Shown one piece after another: positions 1 to 11,007 of a stretch of 64,000 bases of DNA (position 1 is the stretch's first letter; each line of letters starts with the position of its first letter). The notes under the pieces were generated by a model. The model ran no database searches. It was not told where the DNA came from and worked only from the letters and a program-made list of their open reading frames with translations. The DNA lies in contig JAKQHM010000010.1 of NCBI GenBank assembly GCA_029572935.1, positions 10,218 to 74,217 on the forward strand. Reading direction: 5' to 3'. Made by a program: the position numbers and the translations under genes. Source of the stretch: Bacteroidota bacterium (GTDB taxonomy: Bacteria > Bacteroidota > Bacteroidia > Chitinophagales > Saprospiraceae).

Positions 1-659
1 AATACGGCTACAGGCTTATCTGAAAGGATATAACTACCCGTCAAATCATCACTGACCTGTGATCCTTGTACCTGATAAGTCTCAGACCGATTGAGCAAAA
101 TCTGAAAGTTGCGGCCTGAAGGAACGCCGGCTCTTGTATTGGCGGCTGGCCTTATGCTGACTCGGGTTTGATCTTCCGTGGCCACGATCAAAAACTCGGA
201 AGGGTAATGATCGTCCCGGTTTTCGTAGGCAGCATAACACATGGCATAATACTCCCTGCCCAGGGAAACTACCGGAAGGACCAAAGCTGCATCCGAACGA
301 AACTCGTTGAACTGATGAATGTAAACAGAGCTGGGTTGATCCGTGATCACGCGTACGGCTGCCCTCCTCACCTGCTCGGATCCGATGTTCTCGCATTCTG
401 GTGGCAGGGAAATGGTGGCGATCCCATTGGGGTTGACCGAAAAAGTAGTGGCCCATCCACTTCCCGGGATGGATACCGTGCCGCTGGTCCCGTATTTCGA
501 GGTGATCATGCACATCCGGGAATTGCCCCTGTCGCGGTGCTCCATAAAACTGAACCAAAACTCAGTCCCCTCATTGGATTGTGCAAAGAGGAAAGGCCCC
601 GTCAGCAGAATCTGACAGACTAGATAAAACCAAGTTAAAGTGACCGATCTGTATTCCAT
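1..659 (-). CDS. Secreted protein, N-terminal part only (3' end runs off the left edge); IgGFc-binding-like N-terminal domain typical of large Bacteroidota surface proteins
   Basis: Absent from the supplied ORF track because it is open at the window edge. My own translation from ATG at 659 gives MEYRSVTLTWFYLVCQILLTGPFLFAQSNEGTEFWFSFMEHRD... This is a hydrophobic signal peptide followed by the GTEFWFxFMEx motif I associate with IgGFc_binding N-terminal domains. The frame stays open to position 1. Confidence 0.6.
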   Translation of the reverse strand, partial: MEYRSVTLTWFYLVCQILLTGPFLFAQSNEGTEFWFSFMEHRDRGNSRMCMITSKYGTSGTVSIPGSGWATTFSVNPNGIATISLPPECENIGSEQVRRAAVRVITDQPSSVYIHQFNEFRSDAALVLPVVSLGREYYAMCYAAYENRDDHYPSEFLIVATEDQTRVSIRPAANTRAGVPSGRNFQILLNRSETYQVQGSQVSDDLTGSYILSDKPVAV

Positions 660-972
660 CCGCCACATTAACAAACGAAAAGCACATTTTCTTTATTGAG
701 CCCAGAATTTTTCATTTGCTTCCCATTTGACAAAAGATGTTTTACACTCATATTTAACTTAAAATATTCAATAAAGACATTCCTGCCCGATCAAAATATT
801 TTTAAAATCATTTATAACTGTCTATCAGCTATTTATAATATTTTTTTGATCAGACCAGATCACTATATTAGAATTAATTTCAATTTCAGTAAAAATTGGC
901 AAGGTTTATGTATATAAAATAGCGTCAGAGCAATCTGATTGGTTATCCAAGAAATTGGAGACAACAATTTCT

Positions 973-1016
973 GAGATCGGTTCGCTGGGGGGTATGAACC
1001 GATCTCTTTTTTTTTT
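973..1016 (+). terminator. Orphan rho-independent terminator (11-bp perfect stem, 12-nt loop, T10) with no upstream plus-strand CDS
   Basis: GAGATCGGTTC (973-983) pairs with GAACCGATCTC (996-1006) and is followed by ten T (1007-1016). No ORF of 60 aa or more ends upstream on this strand. Confidence 0.6.
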
Positions 1017-1501
1017 GTACATACCCATACATTCAAGGGACCTTTCATCTTCAATCATGATTTCTATCCGGACGGCAAACAAGTGACGTCAAACCGATCC
1101 TTTTGGGTTTCCAGGAGACAGAAATTTCATTTAAACGAGTGAAGTCAAAACCACTCATGAATAAATCAAGAAAGAAAATTTTTTAATAGAACAGGAAATA
1201 TAAATGGCTCGCTTTGATGCTCGTATTCAACTGTAGCATTCTGCAGCAAAAGACTTGAGAAAGATCGGATTTTCTAGATTTTGAAGTTTATTGTTGGTTT
1301 TGTATTTTGGGTATATGCAAACAGTATCCTCATTTCAATTCTCAAATTCATTCTATCGGAGATGTCAGCTCTAAGGGTTTTTTGAGGATTGGATTCTAAT
1401 AATTTTTCATTATGAAATCCCTGAATCGAATTAGCCAAAGTTCATGATTTGCGAAACCGGCTATGTTATACGATCATATTCCAAAGAGGAATGCAATCAA
1501 C

Positions 1502-1530
1502 AAAAAAGGCCCTCCGAAATTCAGAGGGCC
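1502..1530 (-). terminator. Intrinsic terminator downstream of groEL (bidirectional hairpin)
   Basis: GGCCCTC (1508-1514) pairs with GAGGGCC (1524-1530). An A6 run lies on the plus side (T6 on the minus strand) and T5 on the other side. It sits 27 nt past the groEL stop. Confidence 0.7.
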
Positions 1531-1556
1531 TTTTTATTTTCAGGAAGAAAAAGTTC

Positions 1557-3203
<1,647 letters not shown>

Positions 3204-3254
3204 TTAAGAATTTTTTAGAAATGAATTGGTCGAAGTTCTTACAGTGTTCAGGGA

Positions 3255-3521
3255 TTACTCTACAATTACAAGGATGTCATCCTCGCGCATGATCAGATAA
3301 TCCGTGCCTTTGTAATTGAATTCCTGTCCGGCATATTTACCGTACAGCACAATGTCACCTTTACTCACGGTCATCATGTTGCCGTCTTTGCCAGGTCCGA
3401 CAGCTATGACTTCACCGCGCTGTGGTTTTTCCTTGGCAGTGTCGGGGATAATGATTCCTCCTTTGGTTTTCTCATCGGCAGGGGCCGGTTTGACGATTAC
3501 TCGATCATTAATTGGTTTCAT
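3255..3521 (-). CDS. groES: Co-chaperonin GroES
   Basis: 88 aa, [12 protein letters not shown]...[24 protein letters not shown]. It lies 63 nt upstream of groEL. Confidence 0.97.
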   Translation of the reverse strand: MKPINDRVIVKPAPADEKTKGGIIIPDTAKEKPQRGEVIAVGPGKDGNMMTVSKGDIVLYGKYAGQEFNYKGTDYLIMREDDILVIVE

Positions 3522-3809
3522 AAATAATCTGATTTAAATTTTAGTAAAAAGGATTTGTGAAAACTATTCGTTTCGCAGAGAAGACCATTAAAACTGTGCC
3601 AATCAGGGAAAGTTGCAATTTTGTCAGTATTTGATGTTAACAAATCTTCTATTCACATAATATTCACCAAATTATCTCCCCATCTGTCATGAAAAAGCGT
3701 CAGTTCAGAAGAATTTTGTCATCTTTTATAGCAAATCATCCTGATTTTATTAAAAACAGTCAATTTTGACCGATCGGCATTTTTCAAATATGTAATCCTC
3801 GCACCGGAT

Positions 3810-3817
3810 TATCTTTG
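3810..3817 (+). promoter_or_regulatory. Bacteroidota-type -7 promoter box (TAnnTTTG) upstream of carB
   Basis: TATCTTTG lies 13 nt before the carB ATG (3831). Caveat for all -7 boxes listed: a motif with 6 fixed bases is expected by chance about once per 4 kb per strand. I list only those within about 80 nt upstream of a start. Confidence 0.5.
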
Positions 3818-3830
3818 CGCAAATTTTATT

Positions 3831-6650
3831 ATGCCAAAGGATCCTTCCATCCGCTCCGTGCTGATCATCGGCAGCGGTCCCATCATCATCGGCCAGGCTT
3901 GCGAGTTTGATTATTCGGGTACCCAGGCCGCCCGTTCCCTGCGCGAAGAAGGGATCGAGGTCAGCCTTATCAACTCCAATCCAGCCACCATCATGACGGA
4001 TCCCGTCACTGCGGATCATATCTACCTTTGGCCCCTGACGGTAGAAAGTATCGTCAAAATACTGGAGGAACGCAAAATTGACGCCGTGTTGCCCACCATG
4101 GGTGGACAGACCGCTCTCAATCTGGCCATTGAAGCGGACAAACAAAACATTTGGAAAAAATATGGCGTGCGCATGATCGGTGTGGATGTGGAAGCCATCG
4201 AGCTCACCGAAGATCGCGAAAAATTCAGAGCCCACATGGTATCAATTGGTGTGGAGGTCGCTCCTTCGCAGATTGCCAATTCCTTTTTGGAGGGAAAGGA
4301 AGCCGCTCAGCATATCGGATATCCGCTTGTGATTCGCCCTTCTTTTACACTGGGTGGTTCTGGAGGCAGTTTTGTTCATAAGGCCGACCAGTTTGACGAA
4401 GCGCTCAGACGTGGACTGGATGCCTCTCCTACCCATGAAGTACTGGTTGAGAAAGCTGTTCTCGGTTGGAAGGAATTTGAACTGGAACTACTTCGCGATA
4501 AAAATGACAATGTGGTCATCATTTGCACGGTAGAAAACCTGGACCCGATGGGCATCCATACCGGAGATTCCATCACCGTGGCACCGGCGATGACTTTGTC
4601 GGATACAGGATTTCAATTAATGCGGGACCAGGCCATTCTGATGATGCGCTCACTGGGAAATTTTTCGGGTGGATGCAACGTCCAGTTTGCACAGGATCCG
4701 GCTACTGAAAAAATCATTGCTGTCGAAATCAATCCCCGTGTCAGCCGTTCTTCTGCCCTGGCTTCCAAGGCCACTGGTTATCCCATTGCAAAGATTGCTG
4801 CCAAGCTGGCCCTGGGTTATACGCTGGACGAATTGCCCAATCAGATCACCGGCAACACCAGCGCCCTGTTTGAACCCAGTCTCGATTACGTGATCGTCAA
4901 AATGCCTCGCTGGAATTTTGAAAAATTCTGGGGTGCAGACCACAAGCTGGGTCTGCAGATGAAGTCGGTCGGAGAAGCAATGGCTATTGGAAGAAGCTTC
5001 ACAGAAGCCCTTCAGAAGGCCTGCCAAAGTCAGGAAAACGATCGTCATGGCCTGGGTGCAGATAAGAAAGAGTGGTATAATACACAGGACATACTCGAAA
5101 GACTGGAACAAGCCAGCGATGACCGCATTTATCGTCTGAAAGATGCCTTGCGACTGGGCGTGCCCGAAAAAACCGTCACCAAACTCACAGGAGTCGATCC
5201 CTGGTTTGTGCGGGAGATCAAAAAACTGGTCCTCATGGAAGAAAGGTTGTTGAAGTACAACCTGCCCGAAGACATTCCCCAGGATTTTTTCATGGAACTG
5301 AAGAAAAACGGTTACTCCGATTCTCAAATCGCCTGGATCCTGAGGGTGGATGAAAAAGATGTGACCCGACACAGACGCAAACTCGGCATAAACAGGGTGT
5401 ACAAAACCGTGGATACCTGCGCTGCAGAATTCCCGGCAAAGACTCCCTATTTTTATTCTTCCTTTGATTCAGAAAACGAAAGCAATTCCTCCAAAGGCAT
5501 CAAAAAAATCATGGTCCTGGGATCCGGGCCGAACCGCATAGGACAAGGGATTGAATTTGATTATTGCTGTGTGCACGGCGTTCTTGCCATACGCGAACTG
5601 GGCATGGAAGCTATTATGGTTAACTGCAACCCTGAAACCGTCTCCACGGATTTTGACATCGCAGACAAACTGTACTTCGAACCCATATACTGGGAGCATA
5701 TCGAGGAGTTGCTGGATCATGAAAAACCCGATGGGGTGATCGTCCAGTTGGGAGGTCAGACTGCCCTTAAGCTTTCCGAAAAAATTCACAACAAAGGTGT
5801 GCCCATCATTGGCACTTCTTATGATGACATGGACATCGCGGAGGACCGCGGAAGATTTTCTGATCTGCTCAAGGAAATGGGCATTCCCTACCCCAAATAC
5901 GGAGTGGCTACCAATGCTGACGAAGCCCTGGAAGTAGCCAGAAAGATAGGATACCCTGTCTTGGTCCGGCCATCCTATGTATTGGGTGGACAGCGCATGC
6001 GCATCGTCATCAACGACGAAGAACTGGAGCGCCACGTTTTGTCGATATTCAAACATATGCCTGACAACAAGGTCTTGATCGACCAGTTTCTGGAGCGAGC
6101 CAAAGAAGCAGAAATAGATGCCATTTGCGATGGAGACGACATTCACATTATGGGCATTATGGAACATATTGAACCGGCAGGTATTCATTCTGGGGACAGC
6201 TCTGCTGTTTTGCCCACCTACAGCCTGTCGGAGGCCTCCGTACAGACCATGAGCGAGTATGCAAAACGGATCGCACACCGTTTGAATATAAGAGGCCTGA
6301 TCAACATCCAGTTTGCCATCAAAGGAGATCAGGTATATGTGATAGAGGCCAATCCACGTGCTTCCCGGACCACACCTTTTATCGCCAAAGCTTACCAGGT
6401 GCCCTATCTCAACATTGCTACCAAAGTAATGCTGGGAGAGAAAAAACTCAGGGACTTTGAATTCCATAAAAAACTCGAAGGTTATGCCATTAAAGTGCCG
6501 GTATTCTCATTCAATAAATTTCCGGGTGTAGATATTAGCCTGGGACCCGAAATGAAATCCACCGGCGAAGCTATCTTCTACATCAAGGACCTTTATGATC
6601 CTTACTTCCGCGACCTTGACGCCAAGCGGTATATGTACCTCACCCGCTGA
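3831..6650 (+). CDS. carB: Carbamoyl-phosphate synthase large subunit
   Basis: 939 aa with two ATP-grasp halves: MPKDPSIRSVLIIGSGPIIIGQACEFDYSGTQA and a second KKIMVLGSGPNRIGQGIEFDYCCVH. An MGS-like C-terminal end is present. Confidence 0.97.
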   Translation: MPKDPSIRSVLIIGSGPIIIGQACEFDYSGTQAARSLREEGIEVSLINSNPATIMTDPVTADHIYLWPLTVESIVKILEERKIDAVLPTMGGQTALNLAIEADKQNIWKKYGVRMIGVDVEAIELTEDREKFRAHMVSIGVEVAPSQIANSFLEGKEAAQHIGYPLVIRPSFTLGGSGGSFVHKADQFDEALRRGLDASPTHEVLVEKAVLGWKEFELELLRDKNDNVVIICTVENLDPMGIHTGDSITVAPAMTLSDTGFQLMRDQAILMMRSLGNFSGGCNVQFAQDPATEKIIAVEINPRVSRSSALASKATGYPIAKIAAKLALGYTLDELPNQITGNTSALFEPSLDYVIVKMPRWNFEKFWGADHKLGLQMKSVGEAMAIGRSFTEALQKACQSQENDRHGLGADKKEWYNTQDILERLEQASDDRIYRLKDALRLGVPEKTVTKLTGVDPWFVREIKKLVLMEERLLKYNLPEDIPQDFFMELKKNGYSDSQIAWILRVDEKDVTRHRRKLGINRVYKTVDTCAAEFPAKTPYFYSSFDSENESNSSKGIKKIMVLGSGPNRIGQGIEFDYCCVHGVLAIRELGMEAIMVNCNPETVSTDFDIADKLYFEPIYWEHIEELLDHEKPDGVIVQLGGQTALKLSEKIHNKGVPIIGTSYDDMDIAEDRGRFSDLLKEMGIPYPKYGVATNADEALEVARKIGYPVLVRPSYVLGGQRMRIVINDEELERHVLSIFKHMPDNKVLIDQFLERAKEAEIDAICDGDDIHIMGIMEHIEPAGIHSGDSSAVLPTYSLSEASVQTMSEYAKRIAHRLNIRGLINIQFAIKGDQVYVIEANPRASRTTPFIAKAYQVPYLNIATKVMLGEKKLRDFEFHKKLEGYAIKVPVFSFNKFPGVDISLGPEMKSTGEAIFYIKDLYDPYFRDLDAKRYMYLTR

Positions 6651-6669
6651 TTTGCTATACACAGGACCC

Positions 6670-7299
6670 ATGTTGGAAACCAAAGGATTGAAGATCAGAT
6701 ACCCGAAAGGAAGAGAGATCAATTTTCCCGATCTGAACGTTCCGAGTGCCGATCGTTTGTTGATCCATGGTCCTTCCGGATGTGGCAAAACAAGTCTGAT
6801 CAACCTGATTTGCGGATTATTGACTCCGACTTCAGGCTCTGTGCGCATGCTGGGACGCGACTATGCTTCAATGAGTTCTTCAGAGAGAGATCACTTCAGA
6901 GGCAGACACATTGGCATTTGCCTGCAGCGACCGGTTTTCATCAGAGCACTGAGTGCCCTGGAAAACCTGATCCTGGTTCAAAAACTGGCAGGCCAGCATC
7001 CAGATGCAGGGCATTGCATGACCCGGCTGAAATCACTTTCGCTGGAACATACGGCCCATAGAAAACCACACTCCCTTTCTCCCGGCGAACAACAAAGACT
7101 GATGTTCCTGAGAGCACTGATCCACCGGCCAAAACTTGTGGTGGCTGATGAACCCAGCTCCTCACTGGACGATGCCAATGCGGATGCGGTCATGGATCTG
7201 CTGATCTCACAATGCGGGGAATATGAAATGACCCTGCTGGTAGTCAGCCACGATGCGCGGATTAAATCGCGATTCAATCATCAGATCCTGCTCTCATGA
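6670..7299 (+). CDS. ABC transporter ATP-binding protein (MacB/LolD-like)
   Basis: Start moved to the internal ATG at 6670 (MLETKGLKIRYPKG), because the longer ORF overlaps the carB end. Walker A is GPSGCGKTS, the signature is LSPGEQQR and Walker B is LVVADEP. Confidence 0.85.
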   Translation: MLETKGLKIRYPKGREINFPDLNVPSADRLLIHGPSGCGKTSLINLICGLLTPTSGSVRMLGRDYASMSSSERDHFRGRHIGICLQRPVFIRALSALENLILVQKLAGQHPDAGHCMTRLKSLSLEHTAHRKPHSLSPGEQQRLMFLRALIHRPKLVVADEPSSSLDDANADAVMDLLISQCGEYEMTLLVVSHDARIKSRFNHQILLS

Positions 7300-8642
7300 A
7301 TCTGCTGGTATTAGCCTGGAAAAATCTGACCGACAAACCATCGCGATTTCTCTTCGTGGTCCTGATGATGGCGATTGCCTTTAGCCTGATGGACCTGATC
7401 GTTCTGGTCAACAAACAGTTTGGCGATCACTTCGGCCGTTCCAGCGAAAAAGTGGATCTGGTACTGGGTGCCAAAGGAAGTCCTTTGCAGTCTGTTCTGT
7501 GCAATGTGATGCATATCGATGCACCCACAGGAAATATTCCAGTCAGCGATATCCGGCCTTTTCTGAATCCCAAACATCCGATCATTGCCTCCGCTATTCC
7601 CATGTCTCTGGGCGACTCCTATCGTTCTTTCAGAATCGTGGGCACCGTGCGGGAATATTTTGACCACTACAATTTGGTCTTAGCACAAGGGGAAATGTTT
7701 CAAAGTAATTTTCAGGCTGTTGCCGGTACCGAGGCCGCAAAGGAAGCAGGACTTGTGATCGGATCCGAATTCAGTTCAGACCATGGCCTGGTCAGCGAAT
7801 CCGATGGACATACCCACGAACACAGCATTAAACTCACGGGTATCCTGAAACCGACTGGTACCATCCAGGACCGCCTGATCTTTACCAACCTGTCCACTTA
7901 TTGGCTCATGCACGAAGAACAGGCCGCACCCAGTGAAAATGATACAGAAGAGCATGATCACGCTGAACATGACCATTCTGATCACGACCACGCTGAACAT
8001 GACCATGCTGAGCACTACCATGCTGAACACGACCATGCTGAGCATTCGGGTCCCGAAAATATTCCGGTCAATACCAGAACTGAATTAACCCGGCAGAATA
8101 AGGAGATTACTTCTGTTCTGCTCACCTTCAAAGGAAAAAATATTCAGGCGCTGAACTTCGGCCGTCAGATCAACGAGAACACCAACCTGATGGCTGTCAA
8201 TCCGGCCATAGAGATCAACAGGTTGTACGAACTGGCGGGTTCGGCTTCTGAAATTCTGTATCTCATTGGGATCATATTGGCCATCCTGACCATCCTGGCG
8301 CTTTTCATCAATCTGATGCAGGTACTTGAAGACCGTCAGAAGGAAATCGCCCTGCTGCGCTTAAGCGGAGCTAACCGGATTTTCTCCGTACTCTTACTGG
8401 TCACCGAGGTGGTTTATATTCTCATCATCGGACTGGGTCTGGGATTTCTGATCTCTCATGGGTTCCTGCACTGGGCCTCCACAAATTTGGGCCTGGGAGA
8501 CAAGTATGAGATTCGCGGCCTTTTCTTCTGTGTCGAAGAAATTCAAATGGCGGGCATAGCTTTGTTGAGTGGTTTACTGGCCTCTCTCTATCCTGCCTGG
8601 CTTGCCTACCGTCAGGATATTTCCAAAGTCTTGATGAGCTAG
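7296..8642 (+). CDS. ABC transporter permease, FtsX/MacB-type (1 TM, large periplasmic domain, 3 TM) with a His-rich insertion
   Basis: 448 aa with an ATGA start/stop overlap to the ATPase gene. The N-terminal TM is FLFVVLMMAIAFSLMDLIVLV and there are three C-terminal TMs. The periplasmic domain contains EEHDHAEHDHSDHDHAEHDHAEHYHAEHDHAEH. Confidence 0.8.
   Translation: MNLLVLAWKNLTDKPSRFLFVVLMMAIAFSLMDLIVLVNKQFGDHFGRSSEKVDLVLGAKGSPLQSVLCNVMHIDAPTGNIPVSDIRPFLNPKHPIIASAIPMSLGDSYRSFRIVGTVREYFDHYNLVLAQGEMFQSNFQAVAGTEAAKEAGLVIGSEFSSDHGLVSESDGHTHEHSIKLTGILKPTGTIQDRLIFTNLSTYWLMHEEQAAPSENDTEEHDHAEHDHSDHDHAEHDHAEHYHAEHDHAEHSGPENIPVNTRTELTRQNKEITSVLLTFKGKNIQALNFGRQINENTNLMAVNPAIEINRLYELAGSASEILYLIGIILAILTILALFINLMQVLEDRQKEIALLRLSGANRIFSVLLLVTEVVYILIIGLGLGFLISHGFLHWASTNLGLGDKYEIRGLFFCVEEIQMAGIALLSGLLASLYPAWLAYRQDISKVLMS
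7947..8045 (+). repeat. In-frame 15-nt tandem repeat (about 6.6 units) encoding an (A/S)(E/D)HDH pentapeptide array
   Basis: The unit gct gaa cat gac cat recurs with small variations: EEHDH AEHDH SDHDH AEHDH AEHYH AEHDH AEH. That is 13 His in 33 residues. Confidence 0.9.
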
Positions 8643-8744
8643 TTGAAATCATTCGATTCTCATCGCCTTGATCCATGGCGTATAAAAAGGGATAAAAAGC
8701 CACTTGACTTTTACCCTGCCCCGAAGAAAAAATTTGCTAAAAAT

Positions 8745-10226
8745 TTACCTCCGACTGTAATTCGGTGATTCCTTGGTGATGGTGATGTTGTGCGGATGAG
8801 ATTCGGTAATGCCGCTGTTGGTGATGCGCACCATCTTGGCCTTTTGCATGTCGGGAATGGTAGCTGCACCTACATAGCCCATACTGGCTTTTAGTCCTCC
8901 TATATACTGGACCATGACTTCCGAAACCTTTCCCTTAAATGGCAATCTTCCCTCGATTCCCTCCGGAACCAGTTTTTTAATGTCATCCTCTACATCCTGA
9001 AAATACCGGTCCTTGGAACCAAGCTGCATGGATCCCAGGGAGCCCATACCCCTGTAGACTTTGAATTTTCTACCCTCGTAGATGATGGTTTCACCTGGAG
9101 CCTCCTCTGTACCGGCAAACAGAGAGCCTGCCATAATGGAAGAAGCTCCGGCTGCCAGTGCTTTGGGGATATCTCCGGTATATCGGATCCCGCCGTCTCC
9201 GATCACCGGGATACCTTTCTTTTTAAGGGCCTGGGAAGCCAATGCAATGGCTGTAAGCTGCGGCACGCCCACTCCGGCTACCACCCGGGTGGTACAGATA
9301 CTGCCGGGTCCTACCCCAACCTTGACGCCATTTACTCCGGCCTGAGCCAGGGCCAATGCACCTTCACCCGTGGCCACATTGCCTCCGATGATCTGAAGGT
9401 TCTTGAATTTCTTACGGATGGATTTAATCATATCCAGGACCCCTTTCGAGTGACCATGTGCCGTATCCACACAGATCACGTCTACATCAACGGCAACCAG
9501 GGCTTCTACGCGTTCGATCGTGTCTGCGGCGATCCCAACGGCTGCACCGACCACCAGCCTGCCGAATTTATCCTTGCAGGAGTTTGGATAATTCTCTAGC
9601 TTCATGATGTCTTTATAGGTGATCAGTCCGGCCAGTGTGCCGTCTTTTTTGATCACGGGTAATTTCTCGATTTTATACTGCTGCAGGATTGCCTTTGCCT
9701 TGGTCAGATTGGTACCCACGGGGGCGGTGATCAGATTTTCCGTGGTCATGATCTCAGAGACCAGCTTATTGGGGTGGGCTTCAAATCTGAGATCCCGGTT
9801 GGTCAGTATCCCCACCAGCTTGTTGGATTCGTCCACAATCGGTATTCCGCCAATGTGATGATGAGACATCAATTGAAGAGCCTCTTTTACACGGGCACTT
9901 GCCGGCAAAGTCACAGGATCCAGGATCATTCCACTTTCAGATCGCTTGACGCTGCGTACCTCTGCCGCCTGTCTTTCGATGCTCATATTCTTGTGGATGA
10001 CACCCATGCCTCCTTCCCTTGCCATGGCTATGGCCAGATCTTTTTCGGTGACTGTATCCATGGCGGCAGATACTATTGGGACATGGATGCGGATATCCGT
10101 AGTTAGGCGGGTACTGATATCGGCCTCGCGGGGCAGGACCTCCGAATAGGAGGGCACCAACAATACATCGTCAAAGGTGAGGGCTTCCCGTGCGGGAAAT
10201 TGGGATTCGAAGAAGTTTGTTTCCAT
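8745..10226 (-). CDS. guaB: IMP dehydrogenase
   Basis: Start set at the internal ATG 10226 ([30 protein letters not shown]). A CBS pair is present, as are the catalytic [11 protein letters not shown] and GGIRYTGD motifs. Confidence 0.95.
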   Translation of the reverse strand: METNFFESQFPAREALTFDDVLLVPSYSEVLPREADISTRLTTDIRIHVPIVSAAMDTVTEKDLAIAMAREGGMGVIHKNMSIERQAAEVRSVKRSESGMILDPVTLPASARVKEALQLMSHHHIGGIPIVDESNKLVGILTNRDLRFEAHPNKLVSEIMTTENLITAPVGTNLTKAKAILQQYKIEKLPVIKKDGTLAGLITYKDIMKLENYPNSCKDKFGRLVVGAAVGIAADTIERVEALVAVDVDVICVDTAHGHSKGVLDMIKSIRKKFKNLQIIGGNVATGEGALALAQAGVNGVKVGVGPGSICTTRVVAGVGVPQLTAIALASQALKKKGIPVIGDGGIRYTGDIPKALAAGASSIMAGSLFAGTEEAPGETIIYEGRKFKVYRGMGSLGSMQLGSKDRYFQDVEDDIKKLVPEGIEGRLPFKGKVSEVMVQYIGGLKASMGYVGAATIPDMQKAKMVRITNSGITESHPHNITITKESPNYSRR

Positions 10227-10228
10227 GT

Positions 10229-10246
10229 GCAAAGATATATCTTTGC
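10229..10246. promoter_or_regulatory. Perfect 18-nt palindrome carrying back-to-back -7 boxes for divergent guaB and tadA
   Basis: GCAAAGATATATCTTTGC reads TATCTTTG on the plus strand (10238-10245, 30 nt before the tadA ATG). It also reads TATCTTTG on the minus strand (10237-10230, 3 nt before the guaB ATG). Confidence 0.5.
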
Positions 10247-10275
10247 GCCTCAATTCTTCAAATTTTCCTCTCCGC

Positions 10276-10731
10276 ATGCTTTCGGTTTACAATGACGAAT
10301 ACTTCATGAAGCTGGCCCTGGCTGAGGCCAGAAAAGCCGAACTGGCGGGTGAAATTCCAATCGGGGCTGTCCTGGTCCACCATCACAAAATACTCGCTAA
10401 AACGCACAACCAGACCGAACTGCTTCACGATGTCACTGCGCATGCGGAAATGCTGGCCATCACGTCGGGATCAGAGTTTTTAGGAAGTAAATACCTGAAA
10501 AACTGCAGCCTGTATATTACGTTGGAACCTTGTGTGATGTGTGCAGGAGCACTCCGCTGGGCCCAGATCTCCCGCGTGGTATATGCCGCGGAGGACGATA
10601 AAATGGGTTTCATGCGGTACGGGAAAACCCTGCTTCATCCCAAGACACAGGTAGAATACGGTTTGTGTTCGGAGGAAGCTTCCGAATTGTTAACGCGTTT
10701 TTTTAGAAATAAAAGAATTCACAAAACCTGA
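10276..10731 (+). CDS. tadA: tRNA-specific adenosine deaminase
   Basis: Start at the internal ATG 10276 (MLSVYNDEYFMKLALAEARKA). The zinc motifs HAEMLAI and PCVMCAGAL are present. Confidence 0.9.
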   Translation: MLSVYNDEYFMKLALAEARKAELAGEIPIGAVLVHHHKILAKTHNQTELLHDVTAHAEMLAITSGSEFLGSKYLKNCSLYITLEPCVMCAGALRWAQISRVVYAAEDDKMGFMRYGKTLLHPKTQVEYGLCSEEASELLTRFFRNKRIHKT

Positions 10732-10906
10732 GTCTTTGGAACAAATTTAATGTTCTGTTTATTATAATTCAATATTCTACCAAGTCTGACCTATTTATAA
10801 TTGTGCTGGCTTGCACAAATTGATTTGATTTCATCGCTCCACCGGGTAATTAGCTTAACGCTGGAGGTTAAAAAGATATAGTTTTCAGTTGGTTTTTTGG
10901 GGTTAT

Positions 10907-10938
10907 GCAGGGTGCCACCTTCTCAGGGGGTGCCCTGC
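10907..10938 (+). other. Imperfect 13-bp hairpin followed by a weak U-tract; possible distal tadA terminator or structured element
   Basis: GCAGGGTGCCACC..GGGGGTGCCCTGC has one mismatch and two G-U pairs, then CATTTTAAT. It lies 175 nt after the tadA stop and 60 nt before the scpB -7 box. Confidence 0.3.
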
Positions 10939-10995
10939 CATTTTAATATCCTGTCCGAATCCACACTCCGGTGGTATCACTTGGCCGGGGTTTCC

Positions 10996-11003
10996 TAACT
11001 TTG
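10996..11003 (+). promoter_or_regulatory. -7 promoter box (TAACTTTG) 4 nt before the scpB ATG
   Basis: TAACTTTG-CAAC-ATG. The spacing implies a leaderless or near-leaderless mRNA. Confidence 0.5.
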
Positions 11004-11007
11004 CAAC

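Noticed and set aside
7776-8045. An 89-aa minus-strand ORF with a repetitive MVVFSMVVLSMV sequence
   Set aside because: It is simply the reverse-complement reading of the His-codon tandem repeat in the ABC permease gene.
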